A DNA stretch of 64,000 nucleotides, from NCBI GenBank assembly GCA_041651115.1, contig JBAZJY010000001.1, positions 389,165-453,164 on the forward strand, given 5' to 3'. The notes below the pieces were generated by a model, which was not told the DNA's origin, searched no databases, and worked only from the letters and a program-made list of their open reading frames with translations. Numbering within the stretch: position 1 is the stretch's first letter; the number at the start of each line of letters is the position of its first letter. This DNA is from Candidatus Omnitrophota bacterium (lineage in GTDB: Bacteria; Omnitrophota; Gorgyraeia; Gygaellales; Profunditerraquicolaceae). The position numbers were made by a program, and so were the translations under genes. Shown piece after piece: positions 27,692 through 37,930 of the stretch.

Positions 27692-28426
27692 ATGCTTACG
27701 AAGGCACTTACCAGGCTGCGCCGCCTAACGATTGATTGTTCGCGGCTATTGCTTTTTTGGAAGCCGGATTTCCTCTGGCTGTATAAGAACCGTTATCTCC
27801 GGATGGATGCTAATGTGGCAACGAATGATAAAAAGCGCAGGTTGTTTCATAAAGACCGGTATTTATTTGCCCGTGACTATTTGAAAAACTCCGGCAGAGA
27901 CGGCATCCGGATATTAGATGCTGCCTGCGGCACCGGATATGGATCAGACATCCTAAAGCAAGCCGGGGCACAGATCGTCGGCATAGATATTTGCCCGAAA
28001 ACTATCGAGTTCGCGGGGAAAAAATATGGCAGCGAAAAATGCAGGTTTATGGTTTCGGACGTATTGACGATGGGCCGGCTCGCGGATTTTTCGTTTGATG
28101 CGGCCGTATCGTTTGAAACTATTGAACACATTGATAATCCCCTGGCGTTTTTAAGTAATCTTTACCGGGTTTTAAAAAAAGATGGGGTGTTAATCATATC
28201 GACCCCCAATGACTGGGGAGAAACAATTTATCATAAGTTCAATTATAACTATCAATTATTCCGGCAGCACCTGGAAAAATTCTTCGCTATTGAAGAGATC
28301 TATACCCAAAACAGCGGAAGCATGGACCTTTGGGTAAACCGTTCCGCGCCCAGAAGAATAATAAAAACCTCTGAAGAAAATAAAAGCCAGGCGGAATGCT
28401 TTATTGCGGTATGCCGGAAGGCCTAA
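27692..28426 (+). CDS. class I SAM-dependent methyltransferase
   Basis: Motif I (ILDAACGTGYGS) and post-I/II motifs (VLIISTPN). The ORF-track start at 27662 is TTG inside the upstream gene. The ATG at 27692 lies 2 nt after the upstream stop. Confidence 0.65.
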   Translation: MLTKALTRLRRLTIDCSRLLLFWKPDFLWLYKNRYLRMDANVATNDKKRRLFHKDRYLFARDYLKNSGRDGIRILDAACGTGYGSDILKQAGAQIVGIDICPKTIEFAGKKYGSEKCRFMVSDVLTMGRLADFSFDAAVSFETIEHIDNPLAFLSNLYRVLKKDGVLIISTPNDWGETIYHKFNYNYQLFRQHLEKFFAIEEIYTQNSGSMDLWVNRSAPRRIIKTSEENKSQAECFIAVCRKA

Positions 28427-28439
28427 CTTATCTATTAAA

Positions 28440-30281
28440 ATGACCCGCGTTATTTACTCACAAGACAGCGAAGCGATCGTCAAATATTGCGTAAGCCGCC
28501 CTGCCGATAAGCCGCGCTTATTTTTACGCCATAATTTTTCTGCGCGGGAACTTGATCTTTTGCAAGGCGCCGGGGGCAACGAGCTAAAAACCAGAGAATT
28601 GTCGGAAGAAGAGGTATTGCGATGCGAAAAAGAATACGTGGAAGGAGTAGGCCGGCTAAGCCGGGAATTGAATTCACCCGAATGGTGGGCTAACCCTATC
28701 TCTGAAAAAAATGAACACCTGGATACCGTATACCGAAGGCTCTGTTTTTTATATGCCGCGGAAATATCAATAAACGATTGCCGGGAAGGCGATAAAGAGC
28801 TATTGATCTGCGGGAAAGGCATATCGTTTGCGGTCATAAAACCGCTTATTGAGGGCAAAGGAATGAAATCTCTCTGCGTTGGGCAAACCGCGCAGTTCTT
28901 CATTGGCCGCCAGCGTGAAAAACTGATAGATTTTATAAGGCTCGCCCGCTTGCTCATGGTAATGCTTAAACGGAAAATCACGCTTTTATTTACGTTAAGA
29001 TCAGAAATAAAAAAATATCTTGCCGCGAACAAAGATCTTTATGTTATAAGGACCTGGTTGGACAGGCGATTTTTATCCGCGGAGAACTATCGAAACGATG
29101 CCTATTTTGGCTCCCTGCCATATTCTGCAATAGAACGCGGCAGAAAAGTAGTCATTCTAGGGGGAATAATCAATAGTTTCGGCGAAATAATAAAGAAATT
29201 AAAAACGGAAAGGCTCTTGTTTTTTGTCATCCCGGAAGAATTTTTCCTCGGCATAAAGGAGGTTTTTTGCCTGCCGGTAAAATACCTGCTCTATTCAGGA
29301 AACGTTAAACTAAACGGAAAAATATTTTTCATGGGATTGGATGTTACGGAATTTTACCGCAGCGAAATTAAAAGGCTTAGCCGCAGCAGCGAATTCATAA
29401 AAAACATTTTTTATTATCACCTTTCAAAGCGGCTTGCGCAAAGTATGCGTCTCGATACGTATGTCCATACCTTTGAAAATTACGCCTGGGAGAAACTGGC
29501 TATCCTCGGTATCCGCGAAGGCCGGCCGGGGGTAAAAATTATCGGATTCCAGCATGCGTTTATTTCCCGTAATTCTTTTAAATATTTTCCCGGCGGCCCG
29601 GAAAAAGGCATTATGCCTTTACCCGATAAAATAGTCAGCCTTGGTAAGCGGACTTTTGAAATATTAAAAAAATACGGTAATTTTGATCATGAAATCATGG
29701 AAATCGGCTGCGCCCTTAGACAGGAATACTTAAACAATTTGCCGCTAAAGCCGCGCCGCCGTTCCGGCAAGATACTGGTGCCGCTTTCTATGGCAAAGGA
29801 TGAATCCGCGCGTATTTTACGATTTATTACCGGGTCAGGGCTCTCCCAAACCGGCCTTCGGGTCATTATCAGGTGCCATCCTGCCCGGCCTTTTAGCGCA
29901 TTCCGGAAATTGATCGATTTTTCCTTACCGGGGAATTTCCTGATCGAAAACACAAAGAATATTAAAGATGAATTGATCGATACGGATATCCTGCTGTATA
30001 CATGGTCAACCATCGCAGCAGAATCATTAGCGGCAGGCGTACCCGCGGTCTATATGGACATACTCAGGCCGATGAGCGTCGACCCGCTTTTTGAATGTGG
30101 CGTATTTAAACGGACAGTCAGTAAAAGCAACGAACTAGTGCCGGTTATAAACGGATTCTATACCATGGCGGATGCGGATTTTGAAAAAGAGAGGCGGTTG
30201 GCGCGGGAATATATAAAGGAATATTTTTATCCGGTTGTCGAAAATAATCTTAATCCATTTTTCCCGGATGTGCTAAAATAG
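28440..30281 (+). CDS. hypothetical protein, putative HP-motif GT-B transferase (TagF/CMP-sugar transferase-like)
   Basis: VIIRCHPARP (HP motif) is followed by DTDILLYTWSTIAAESLAAGVPAVYMD, which resembles the TagF ITDYSS...P donor-domain motif. The ATG at 28440 lies after the upstream stop. 28404 is an in-gene extension. Confidence 0.35.
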   Translation: MTRVIYSQDSEAIVKYCVSRPADKPRLFLRHNFSARELDLLQGAGGNELKTRELSEEEVLRCEKEYVEGVGRLSRELNSPEWWANPISEKNEHLDTVYRRLCFLYAAEISINDCREGDKELLICGKGISFAVIKPLIEGKGMKSLCVGQTAQFFIGRQREKLIDFIRLARLLMVMLKRKITLLFTLRSEIKKYLAANKDLYVIRTWLDRRFLSAENYRNDAYFGSLPYSAIERGRKVVILGGIINSFGEIIKKLKTERLLFFVIPEEFFLGIKEVFCLPVKYLLYSGNVKLNGKIFFMGLDVTEFYRSEIKRLSRSSEFIKNIFYYHLSKRLAQSMRLDTYVHTFENYAWEKLAILGIREGRPGVKIIGFQHAFISRNSFKYFPGGPEKGIMPLPDKIVSLGKRTFEILKKYGNFDHEIMEIGCALRQEYLNNLPLKPRRRSGKILVPLSMAKDESARILRFITGSGLSQTGLRVIIRCHPARPFSAFRKLIDFSLPGNFLIENTKNIKDELIDTDILLYTWSTIAAESLAAGVPAVYMDILRPMSVDPLFECGVFKRTVSKSNELVPVINGFYTMADADFEKERRLAREYIKEYFYPVVENNLNPFFPDVLK

Positions 30282-30321
30282 GAACGAAAACCATTACCAG
30301 GGCATTTAACCATTTTTAAAA

Positions 30322-31209
30322 ATGAAGATATTAGTTACCGGAGCCGCGGGCATGCTCGCCGCCGAGGTCATCCCAAGCTTGATCCATAGCGGCCATGCGG
30401 TATTTTCGACCGACATCAACCAGAGGCTGCCGGAAATTAAACGATTGGATATAACCCAAAAAGAGGATATCTTTGGGGCAATCGGAGCGCTGCTTCCGGA
30501 TTACGTATTTCATCTTGCCGCAGAAACCAACGTTGACCTATGCGAAGAAAAGCCGCTTCACGCCTTCCGGGTTAACGCCCAAGGCACAGAAAATATCGCT
30601 TTGGCCTGCGATAAATTTGATGTTCCCATGCTTTATATCAGCACAAGCAGCGTATTCAGCGGAGATAAAAAGACTCCCTACCGCGAAACCGATAAGACCG
30701 GGCCGGTAAATGCTTACGGAAAAAGTAAGCTGGAAGGAGAAAAGATTGTCCGCAGCATCCTCAAGAAATATTTTATAATTCGCGCCGGCTGGATGGTCGG
30801 AGGATGGGAGATCGATAAAAAATTTGTTTTTAAGATCGCGCAGCAGCTTAAGCAGGGAAAAAACGAGCTAACGGTTGTTGCGGATAAATCCGGGAGCCCT
30901 ACCTTTACGAAAGACTTTGCCGCCAATCTCTTAAATGTGATTAATACAGAAAAATACGGGCTTTATCATATGGCAAACAGGGGTACGTGTTCGCGTTATG
31001 ATATGGCTTTAAAAATCGTTGATTTCTCCGGGCTAACGGGTAAGGTCAAGGTCAGGCCAATCGGCTCGGATAAGTTTCCTTTGCCGGCTCCGCGCCCGGA
31101 TTCCGAAATGCTGGAGAATTTTAATTTGGAAAAAATGCATATCAACAATATGCCTTCTTGGGAAGATTCCCTAAGAATTTATATCGCGGAAAATCTGCAT
31201 AAAAATTAA
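30322..31209 (+). CDS. RmlD-like NAD(P)H-dependent 4-ketoreductase (dTDP-4-dehydrorhamnose reductase family)
   Basis: MKILVTGAAGMLA, STSSVFSG and YGKSKLEGEK are collinear with the RmlD motifs STDYVF and YGKTKLAGE. Length is about 295 aa. Confidence 0.65.
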   Translation: MKILVTGAAGMLAAEVIPSLIHSGHAVFSTDINQRLPEIKRLDITQKEDIFGAIGALLPDYVFHLAAETNVDLCEEKPLHAFRVNAQGTENIALACDKFDVPMLYISTSSVFSGDKKTPYRETDKTGPVNAYGKSKLEGEKIVRSILKKYFIIRAGWMVGGWEIDKKFVFKIAQQLKQGKNELTVVADKSGSPTFTKDFAANLLNVINTEKYGLYHMANRGTCSRYDMALKIVDFSGLTGKVKVRPIGSDKFPLPAPRPDSEMLENFNLEKMHINNMPSWEDSLRIYIAENLHKN

Positions 31210-31213
31210 ACCT

Positions 31214-32149
31214 ATGAAGAAAGTAAGCGTCATCATCCCGGCATATAATAAGGCGGCGTATACCCTGTCTACCGTGCAGAGTGTTATCGCGCAAACTTAT
31301 AAGGATATCGAAATCATCGTCGTAGATGATGGATCAACCGATAAAACACCGGAAATACTTAGGCCTTTCAGAGATTCAATCAAGTATATCTACAAGAAAA
31401 ACGCCGGGGCCTCCAGCGCGCGGAACCTGGGCATCCGGCTTGCCAGCGGCCAGTTTATCGCTTTCCTTGATTGCGACGACCTGTACCTGCCCGATAAATT
31501 ATCCGTGAGCATAGACTATCTTATTCAAAACCCCCAGGCTGGATTTGTCCATACCGCCGCGTATTTTGTTGATGAAAACGACAAGGTCTTGAGGGTTTTT
31601 TCTCACCCTAACAGTAAAAAGACCGGCTGGATATCCGAATCTCTTATACTAAGGAATTTTATTTGTAATTCTACCGTCGTGGCAAGGCGCACCTGCATTG
31701 CGAAGGCCGGCTTATTTAACGAATCTATTTTTACCCCTGCCGACTGGGATATGTGGCTGAGGTTTTCCGAATATTGCCAGGCAGGCTACATCGATCAGCC
31801 CCTTACCAAATACAGGATAATCGGCAGTTATATCCTTAATAACATCGAAAGAGCAAAGAATGAAGAGCTTACAGTACTGCGGGAGGCCTTTAAAAGAAAG
31901 CCTGCCTTAAGCCCGTTTTTTAAAAAACGGGCGCTTTCCAATGTTTTTCGCCGGACTGCCGTAAGCTATCTCTTAAAGGAAAATTTTAAAAATTGCAGGG
32001 ACGAATTAATTTCTTCAATAGGTACGAATATGCTGAATCTCCCCTCAATCGCGCTCTTGCTGGGGCTGATTTTAAAAAAAGATATTTTACTGAAGCTGGT
32101 AAACAGCAAGGTGTATAATGATTTCAAACGCCATACGGCCAAAATTTGA
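31214..32149 (+). CDS. glycosyltransferase family 2
   Basis: VSVIIPAYNKAAYTLSTVQSVIAQTYKDIEIIVVDDGSTD is the canonical GT2 N-terminal region, and a DCDD (DxD) motif follows. Confidence 0.8.
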   Translation: MKKVSVIIPAYNKAAYTLSTVQSVIAQTYKDIEIIVVDDGSTDKTPEILRPFRDSIKYIYKKNAGASSARNLGIRLASGQFIAFLDCDDLYLPDKLSVSIDYLIQNPQAGFVHTAAYFVDENDKVLRVFSHPNSKKTGWISESLILRNFICNSTVVARRTCIAKAGLFNESIFTPADWDMWLRFSEYCQAGYIDQPLTKYRIIGSYILNNIERAKNEELTVLREAFKRKPALSPFFKKRALSNVFRRTAVSYLLKENFKNCRDELISSIGTNMLNLPSIALLLGLILKKDILLKLVNSKVYNDFKRHTAKI

Positions 32150-33656
32150 ATTTTTCCTGGATCTTATCGGATTTTATGCGATAGGATTTTTTGCTCTACT
32201 GTATATACTGTTTACCAGGAACTTCGCAGAGATCAAGTACGATGCTCATTTCTTTGGTTTCCCGATCTTTATCGGCGAATTCCTGCTATTTTTTTGCCTG
32301 GGCCTGCTGGCGGTAAAATGGGCGGCCTATGGTTTCAAATATAGCCGGATCAGCTACCTGTTTTTACCGTATTTTATATTTGTGCTGGTAAAGGTTGTGA
32401 TGGGGTATGGCAAGTGGGGGCCGTTGACTTTACGGGATTCCGCGATGTTTTATTACCCGGTTTTTGCCGTATTTACCTATGTATTTTACCGAAATAGCTT
32501 AATGAGTATTCCGGCGCTTGTATTATCCGCGGTTGCCTTGATATTTCTTCACTTTTTTAACGCGAGCTATGTTTTTTCTGATTTTATCTTTTTCCTCCTG
32601 GCCACGGTAGTTATCTTTAAGATACCTCAAAGAGCAATCCTCAAGGCAGTATTGGCCGCTGCGCTTTTTCTTTTTTCGCCGTACAAACTTTTTTTTGCGG
32701 CATCGCGGACCATGCTCGTAGGAAACCTGGCCGCAATAATTTTTCTCGTTATCGCATTTTTTTGTTGCCTGAACGTTAAGCTAAGGCTGAAGATCGCCTT
32801 TCTCATTCCATTTTTTTTATGTTTAGTCAGCCTGCTAATCATTTTTTCTCCCCGCAACGAATTGAAGTCATTGGTCAGCTTCCGTGATCTTAAAGATAAC
32901 TATGATGAGACGATTAAATTGATCAACGATATGGAGCCGGGTTTTAAGGCGGAGGAAATCCCTCCCCGATTATATAATCCGGAAAATAATAAGAGGATCG
33001 ATACCTTAAGGCATACTGAAATGGCGGCCAATGACATTAACCCGCCGTTAGTTTATATGCCGCAGCAATCCCTACTAAAGATGCCCCGCGCCGTAACCAG
33101 GGCGCAAGGAACAATAAATGGCGCGCCGATGGTTTTGACGCCTACGGGTTCGGCGCCTGCAGTCTTGGCGCCGGTGCCCTGGAACAATCCTTCTTTTCTC
33201 TCCGACAGCAAGCAGCGGAGCCTTGAAAGCGCAATAAACACCACGCTTTTTAGGGTTTTCATCTGGAAAGATATGCTTTCAGAGATTTATCGTGAAAAAA
33301 AATACTGGTTTGGTTTTAATTTTGGCAAGCCTTTGCGCAGTAAAAGCATTGAAATACTGCAATGGGCGGTCAAGGATTGGCGGCATGACGGCTGGATAAC
33401 CCCGCATAATTCATATTTGAGCCTCATATACCGGTCGGGGGCCGTAGGTTTGCTTTATATAATCGCCCTAATGATTACTTTGGCGATAATGATAAAGAGA
33501 TCGATCAGGTCGAGGTCTTTTGCCGGAATATTGGCCTGCGCGATATTAATAGACTTGCTGGTCACGGCTAACTTTACGCTGATGCTTGAATTACCGTATA
33601 ACGCCATACCTTTCTGGGCGTTATTCGGTACAACGTTGGCATATATTCGAAAATGA
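32118..33656 (+). CDS. O-antigen ligase family (Wzy_C domain) polytopic membrane protein
   Basis: About ten hydrophobic segments. The large C-terminal loop carries WITPHNSYLSLIYRSGAVGLL, which matches the H-N-x-Y-L...G..G signature of the WaaL/PglL/Wzy_C family. Confidence 0.6.
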   Translation: MISNAIRPKFEFFLDLIGFYAIGFFALLYILFTRNFAEIKYDAHFFGFPIFIGEFLLFFCLGLLAVKWAAYGFKYSRISYLFLPYFIFVLVKVVMGYGKWGPLTLRDSAMFYYPVFAVFTYVFYRNSLMSIPALVLSAVALIFLHFFNASYVFSDFIFFLLATVVIFKIPQRAILKAVLAAALFLFSPYKLFFAASRTMLVGNLAAIIFLVIAFFCCLNVKLRLKIAFLIPFFLCLVSLLIIFSPRNELKSLVSFRDLKDNYDETIKLINDMEPGFKAEEIPPRLYNPENNKRIDTLRHTEMAANDINPPLVYMPQQSLLKMPRAVTRAQGTINGAPMVLTPTGSAPAVLAPVPWNNPSFLSDSKQRSLESAINTTLFRVFIWKDMLSEIYREKKYWFGFNFGKPLRSKSIEILQWAVKDWRHDGWITPHNSYLSLIYRSGAVGLLYIIALMITLAIMIKRSIRSRSFAGILACAILIDLLVTANFTLMLELPYNAIPFWALFGTTLAYIRK

Positions 33657-34405
33657 GCAAAAAAACAAATTTACAAAATAAGGAAGCCGCGTTTGAAAAT
33701 AACTACTTTGAGGCTTTTTTCCAAAGGATCCCTTTTGCGCGTTTGGACAGGCTGCTTAAGGATAGCCGGATAAGTCTGACAGATAAAACCGTGCTTGTTT
33801 GCGGCTGCGGGCAGGGGAGGGATGTCTATTATTTGGAAAAATTCTACCGGCCGAAAAAAATATATATGTCAGACATAAAACCCTCTTGCCTGGTTCAGGC
33901 TTCGGCATTATTTCCTTATGCTAAAGCGATAGCATCCGACAATCAGGCGCTTGCCCTGAAGGACAACTCGATCGATTACGTAGTAATCGGTACTTCGTTG
34001 CATCATTTACCGGAGCCGCTCAAAGGTATTTATGAGTTATTGCGCGTGGCAAAACACGCCCTGATCGTAAATGAGCCTAATGACACCTGGCTTACAAGAT
34101 TATTTGAAGGATTTGGGCTTGCGCGCGAATACGAGGTTGAACACAATAACTACGTATATCGTTTCAGAAAACGGGAAGTGGAAAAAATCAGCAAGGCGAT
34201 GTTTTACCGGCACGCGACAAGTTGCTTCTTCGCAACGCATCGTATCGCCAAATCACGGCTAGAGTTCATCTTTTTGTGTTTCCTGAATAGAATCGCCAAT
34301 TTGGTTTATCCGTCATTAGGCAATTATATCCTTTTCGTGATCATTAAAGAAAAAGTTATGCCGAAATGTTTTAGGAAAAAAAATGAAGTTACTGCTGCTG
34401 CATAA
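33653..34405 (+). CDS. class I SAM-dependent methyltransferase
   Basis: Motif I VLVCGCGQGRDVYYL and an acidic post-I motif. The start overlaps the upstream gene as ATGA. Confidence 0.65.
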   Translation: MSKKTNLQNKEAAFENNYFEAFFQRIPFARLDRLLKDSRISLTDKTVLVCGCGQGRDVYYLEKFYRPKKIYMSDIKPSCLVQASALFPYAKAIASDNQALALKDNSIDYVVIGTSLHHLPEPLKGIYELLRVAKHALIVNEPNDTWLTRLFEGFGLAREYEVEHNNYVYRFRKREVEKISKAMFYRHATSCFFATHRIAKSRLEFIFLCFLNRIANLVYPSLGNYILFVIIKEKVMPKCFRKKNEVTAAA

Positions 34406-35570
34406 CTATTACAAGAACCCCGGGGGAGAAGACAGCGTTTTTGCGGCTGAATTCCAGCTCCTGCTGGAAAAAGGGCATAAAGTCATCACGTATACCGATA
34501 ATAACTCCCGCCTCTATAAGATCGGCAGTTTTCATGCCGCCCGGCAGACATTATGGGCAAGCGATTCATACCGCAAGATAAGCCAAATTATACAAAAAGA
34601 AAAACCCGATATCGCGCATTTCCATAATACCTTTCCGTTGATTTCGCCGGCAGCTTATTATGCCTGCAAGAAAGCAGGGGTAGCGGTTATCCAGACTCTG
34701 CATAATTACCGTTTAGCCTGCCCTGCGGCGATCGCCTTACGCAGCGGAAAAACCTGCCAGGACTGCTTTAATAAATTTTTTCCCTGGCCGGCGGTATGGC
34801 ATCGTTGTTATCACGGTTCGTTTTCGCAAACATTTGCAGTGTCGGCGATGCTGGCTTTTCACCGCCTCCTGGAAACCTGGCAGAAACAAGTTGATGCGTA
34901 TATCGCGCTCACCGAATTTGCAAAATGTAAACTCGCCAGCGGGGGGCTGCCGAATGAGAAAATTTTCGTGAAACCAAATTTCGTTTCTGATCCCGGCGGA
35001 ATAATCGAAAAAGGCAGGACTTACGCTGTGTTTGCCGGCCGGCTATCTCCGGAGAAGGGGATAATGACGCTGCTTGACGCGTGGCGGATAATGAATAACG
35101 GTATCGGGCTTAAGATTGCCGGGGCAGGGCCTCTGGAAGCCGAAATTAAACAATTTATTAAAACCCACCGCTTGAAGCATGTTGAATTATTAGGGCATTG
35201 CGGGCATAACCGGACGATTGACTTGATCAAGCGGGCAAATTTTCTAATCTTTCCATCGGTATGGTTTGAGGCTTTCCCGGTATCCCTGGTAGAGGCATTT
35301 GCCTGCGGTACGCCGGTTATCGCGGCAAGCATCGGCGTCATGCCGGAATTAATCAGGGATGGAAAGACCGGCCTGTTATTCAATCCTGCGGACCCCTCCG
35401 GCCTGGCAGAGAAGATAAAATGGCTTTGGAAAAATCCCGGGAAACAACAAGAATTAGGAAATGCCGCGCGTCAGGAATACACGGATAAATATACGCCGGA
35501 AAAAAACTTCGGGATCCTAATGTCGATATACGATTCAGCTCTAAAGAACAATGCCGATGCCGCTAAATAA
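34383..35570 (+). CDS. glycosyltransferase family 4 (GT-B, retaining)
   Basis: The EX7E motif is present (EAFPVSLVEAFACGTPVIAASIGVMPELI). Length is about 395 aa. Confidence 0.8.
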   Translation: MKLLLLHNYYKNPGGEDSVFAAEFQLLLEKGHKVITYTDNNSRLYKIGSFHAARQTLWASDSYRKISQIIQKEKPDIAHFHNTFPLISPAAYYACKKAGVAVIQTLHNYRLACPAAIALRSGKTCQDCFNKFFPWPAVWHRCYHGSFSQTFAVSAMLAFHRLLETWQKQVDAYIALTEFAKCKLASGGLPNEKIFVKPNFVSDPGGIIEKGRTYAVFAGRLSPEKGIMTLLDAWRIMNNGIGLKIAGAGPLEAEIKQFIKTHRLKHVELLGHCGHNRTIDLIKRANFLIFPSVWFEAFPVSLVEAFACGTPVIAASIGVMPELIRDGKTGLLFNPADPSGLAEKIKWLWKNPGKQQELGNAARQEYTDKYTPEKNFGILMSIYDSALKNNADAAK

Positions 35571-37164
35571 AAGGTTTTTCCGTATTTTTATCCTTTTGAC
35601 GCTTATCTATCTTGCCTTCCAAATGAAGCCATGGGCCAGCGTGGTCGGCAATATTTATAACGGCGACGACAATAGCTATTACGCTTACGTTAGCTCTATT
35701 GTGAACGACTTTGACCTTGATTTTTCAAATAATGAGACTAAGGAAATGTGGGGCGTATCTGCCAAAACAGGGAGGATTATTTCCGGCCACCCAATGGGGA
35801 CTTCGGTATTATTGATGCCTTTCTACCTGGCAGCTAAGCCGTTTGTTCTGCTCTTTGACCGGTTAACCGGCTCGCCTTTTAACCAGCGCCACCCGATATT
35901 TTTTATGTTCATGTGCGCCGGCATACTGGCGTATGCCTATTGGGGGGCATGTTTATTATTAAGGGGCCTGTTGCTGCTCAGAATAAAAGAGGACTTATCC
36001 GTAATTGCCGTTATCCTTACGGTCTGGGCAACAATACTCCCGGCATACATCTTCAAGCGCCCGATTTTTACTCCCGTGCCGCAATTTTTCCTGATCTCTG
36101 CGCTTCTTTACCTGACGATCAAGTGGAGAGACCAGGCGCAGCTAAGCCTAAAGCAGACCATGGCCATCTCGCTTGTTGCCGCGTTAATATTCCTGGTGCG
36201 TTGGAACGATATCCATATACTCGCGTTCATATTCCTCTATTTGGTTCTTTCTCCGCGCAGGGATCAGGCAAGAAGACGCATAATAAAAACAGTTATTTTT
36301 TTGATCACCGTAGCGGTAATTTTTACCTTAACGCAAGGGCTGGCCTGGAGGTCTTTCCTTGGAGAAGGTTATCTTAAGTTTATTCTTGACCGTGTCAACG
36401 AACACGGCTCGCCTAAGGTTTTAGTGTCCATGCAGACATTTAAAAATCTCCTGCATATTTTCTTTGCGATAGACTGGGGTTTATTATATACCATGCTTCC
36501 CTTTGCTTTAGGGCTGGTATGTTTCATTTGGCTGAATCCCCTCCTCATCGTTAAATCAAGAAACTTAAACCGGATTATCTATTTGCTGCTTTTTTCATTG
36601 CCGTTCATGGTTGTGATTAAATGGCAGCTGCAAGGATGCTATTACGGCTACCGCCACCTATTATCGCTACTGCCGTTTACGTGCGTAGGGATGGCGGTTT
36701 TTTTCGAAAAGATAACCGGTATATTCCCGCGGTCAAAAAAAATAATTTGGGTTTTTTCCTTAGTACTACTGGCCTTTAATTTTCTATTAATCCTGCCGTT
36801 CGAGTATACCCCGTCCACTACCCTGGAATTAGGGACAAGTCGCCTGGGCCAAAGCGGATGGGTGAATAACGAATACGCCATAAATGCCATTAAGATTTAT
36901 TTTATTTCATCTCCGGCTGTGCTCGCCGGAATGTTTTTAAGGGGATTTTTTGGCGGCTATATCTTTTCCGGGTTATACCTGCTATTCCCGCAGCTATTTT
37001 TAAAATTTGCAAATTCCAAAGTAATGGACTATTATATCCTGGATAAACCGGACGAATATTGCGTATTATTTTACCCGCTGCTCGCAGTCCTGTTTCTAAT
37101 ACTAACAAACCTTTTCGTAAATAAGCCTGCAACAATAATAAAAGATGGCAGAGATACCCGCTAA
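35551..37164 (+). CDS. polytopic membrane protein, putative GT-C-type glycosyltransferase
   Basis: At least eleven predicted TM helices. The first extracytoplasmic loop has an acidic GDDNSYYAY motif reminiscent of the PMT/ArnT DE/DD motifs. Confidence 0.35.
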   Translation: MPMPLNKRFFRIFILLTLIYLAFQMKPWASVVGNIYNGDDNSYYAYVSSIVNDFDLDFSNNETKEMWGVSAKTGRIISGHPMGTSVLLMPFYLAAKPFVLLFDRLTGSPFNQRHPIFFMFMCAGILAYAYWGACLLLRGLLLLRIKEDLSVIAVILTVWATILPAYIFKRPIFTPVPQFFLISALLYLTIKWRDQAQLSLKQTMAISLVAALIFLVRWNDIHILAFIFLYLVLSPRRDQARRRIIKTVIFLITVAVIFTLTQGLAWRSFLGEGYLKFILDRVNEHGSPKVLVSMQTFKNLLHIFFAIDWGLLYTMLPFALGLVCFIWLNPLLIVKSRNLNRIIYLLLFSLPFMVVIKWQLQGCYYGYRHLLSLLPFTCVGMAVFFEKITGIFPRSKKIIWVFSLVLLAFNFLLILPFEYTPSTTLELGTSRLGQSGWVNNEYAINAIKIYFISSPAVLAGMFLRGFFGGYIFSGLYLLFPQLFLKFANSKVMDYYILDKPDEYCVLFYPLLAVLFLILTNLFVNKPATIIKDGRDTR

Positions 37165-37930
37165 TTTTAAAGTATTAGGCACGCGCATTGACGCGGTTCA
37201 GATCCCCGATGTCATTACGGCAGTAGAGGGATGGATCAATGCCGGGAGCCGGGGAAATTATATTGTAATATCTAATGCCAATGACGTCATGACCGGAAAA
37301 ACGGATGACCTGGCCAGGAAAGCGGCAAATGCCAGCAACTTATCTGTCCCAGACGGTATATCGCTGGTATTGCTCGGCCGTTTATATGGCCATCGATTAA
37401 AAAAACGGGTCTATGGGCCTGACCTTATGCTTGAGTTTTTGGAGTTATCCGTAAAACGGGGGTATACCAATTTCTTTTATGGCGCAACGGATAGTATCCT
37501 GGAGAAGCTCAAGGATAATTTAGCGCATCGGTTTCCCGGCATAAAGGTCGCGGGTTCATACGCGCCGCCATTTAAAGAATTGACTCCTGAGGAAGAAGCT
37601 GCGATAATTAAACTGATAAACAGTGCGGCGCCGGATGTCTTATGGGTCGGATTAGGTTGCCCTAAGCAGCAATTATGGATGTATAAACATAAATCTAACC
37701 TGAAGGTCCCGGCAATGATAGGTGTCGGGGCTGCGTTTGATTTCATTTCAGGCAATAAACCTCAAGCTCCCGTCTGGATAAGAAATAACGGTTTTGAGTG
37801 GCTTTTCCGCCTGGCTACCGAGCCAAAAAGGCTGTGGAAACGCTATCTTGGCGGCGGAAGCCAATTTATCTATTACGCCGGAAAAGAATTTTTTTCTTGC
37901 CGCGTATTGACGCGTAAAAAACATGTTTAA
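37145..37930 (+). CDS. WecB/TagA/CpsF family glycosyltransferase (GT26)
   Basis: GTRIDAVQIPDVITAVEGWI...YIVISNANDVM and the overall 261 aa architecture match the family. Confidence 0.8.
   Translation: MAEIPANFKVLGTRIDAVQIPDVITAVEGWINAGSRGNYIVISNANDVMTGKTDDLARKAANASNLSVPDGISLVLLGRLYGHRLKKRVYGPDLMLEFLELSVKRGYTNFFYGATDSILEKLKDNLAHRFPGIKVAGSYAPPFKELTPEEEAAIIKLINSAAPDVLWVGLGCPKQQLWMYKHKSNLKVPAMIGVGAAFDFISGNKPQAPVWIRNNGFEWLFRLATEPKRLWKRYLGGGSQFIYYAGKEFFSCRVLTRKKHV

Noticed and set aside
35913-36377. A same-strand internal ORF (154 aa), plus similar ones at 840..1022, 1254..1490, 8261..8695, 9804..9989, 24428..24610, 43847..44053, 48438..48701 and 52233..52445.
   Set aside because: They are alternative-frame ORFs inside well-supported genes or inside the small-ORF/gmd region. 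They carry no motifs and are not coupled to neighbours.
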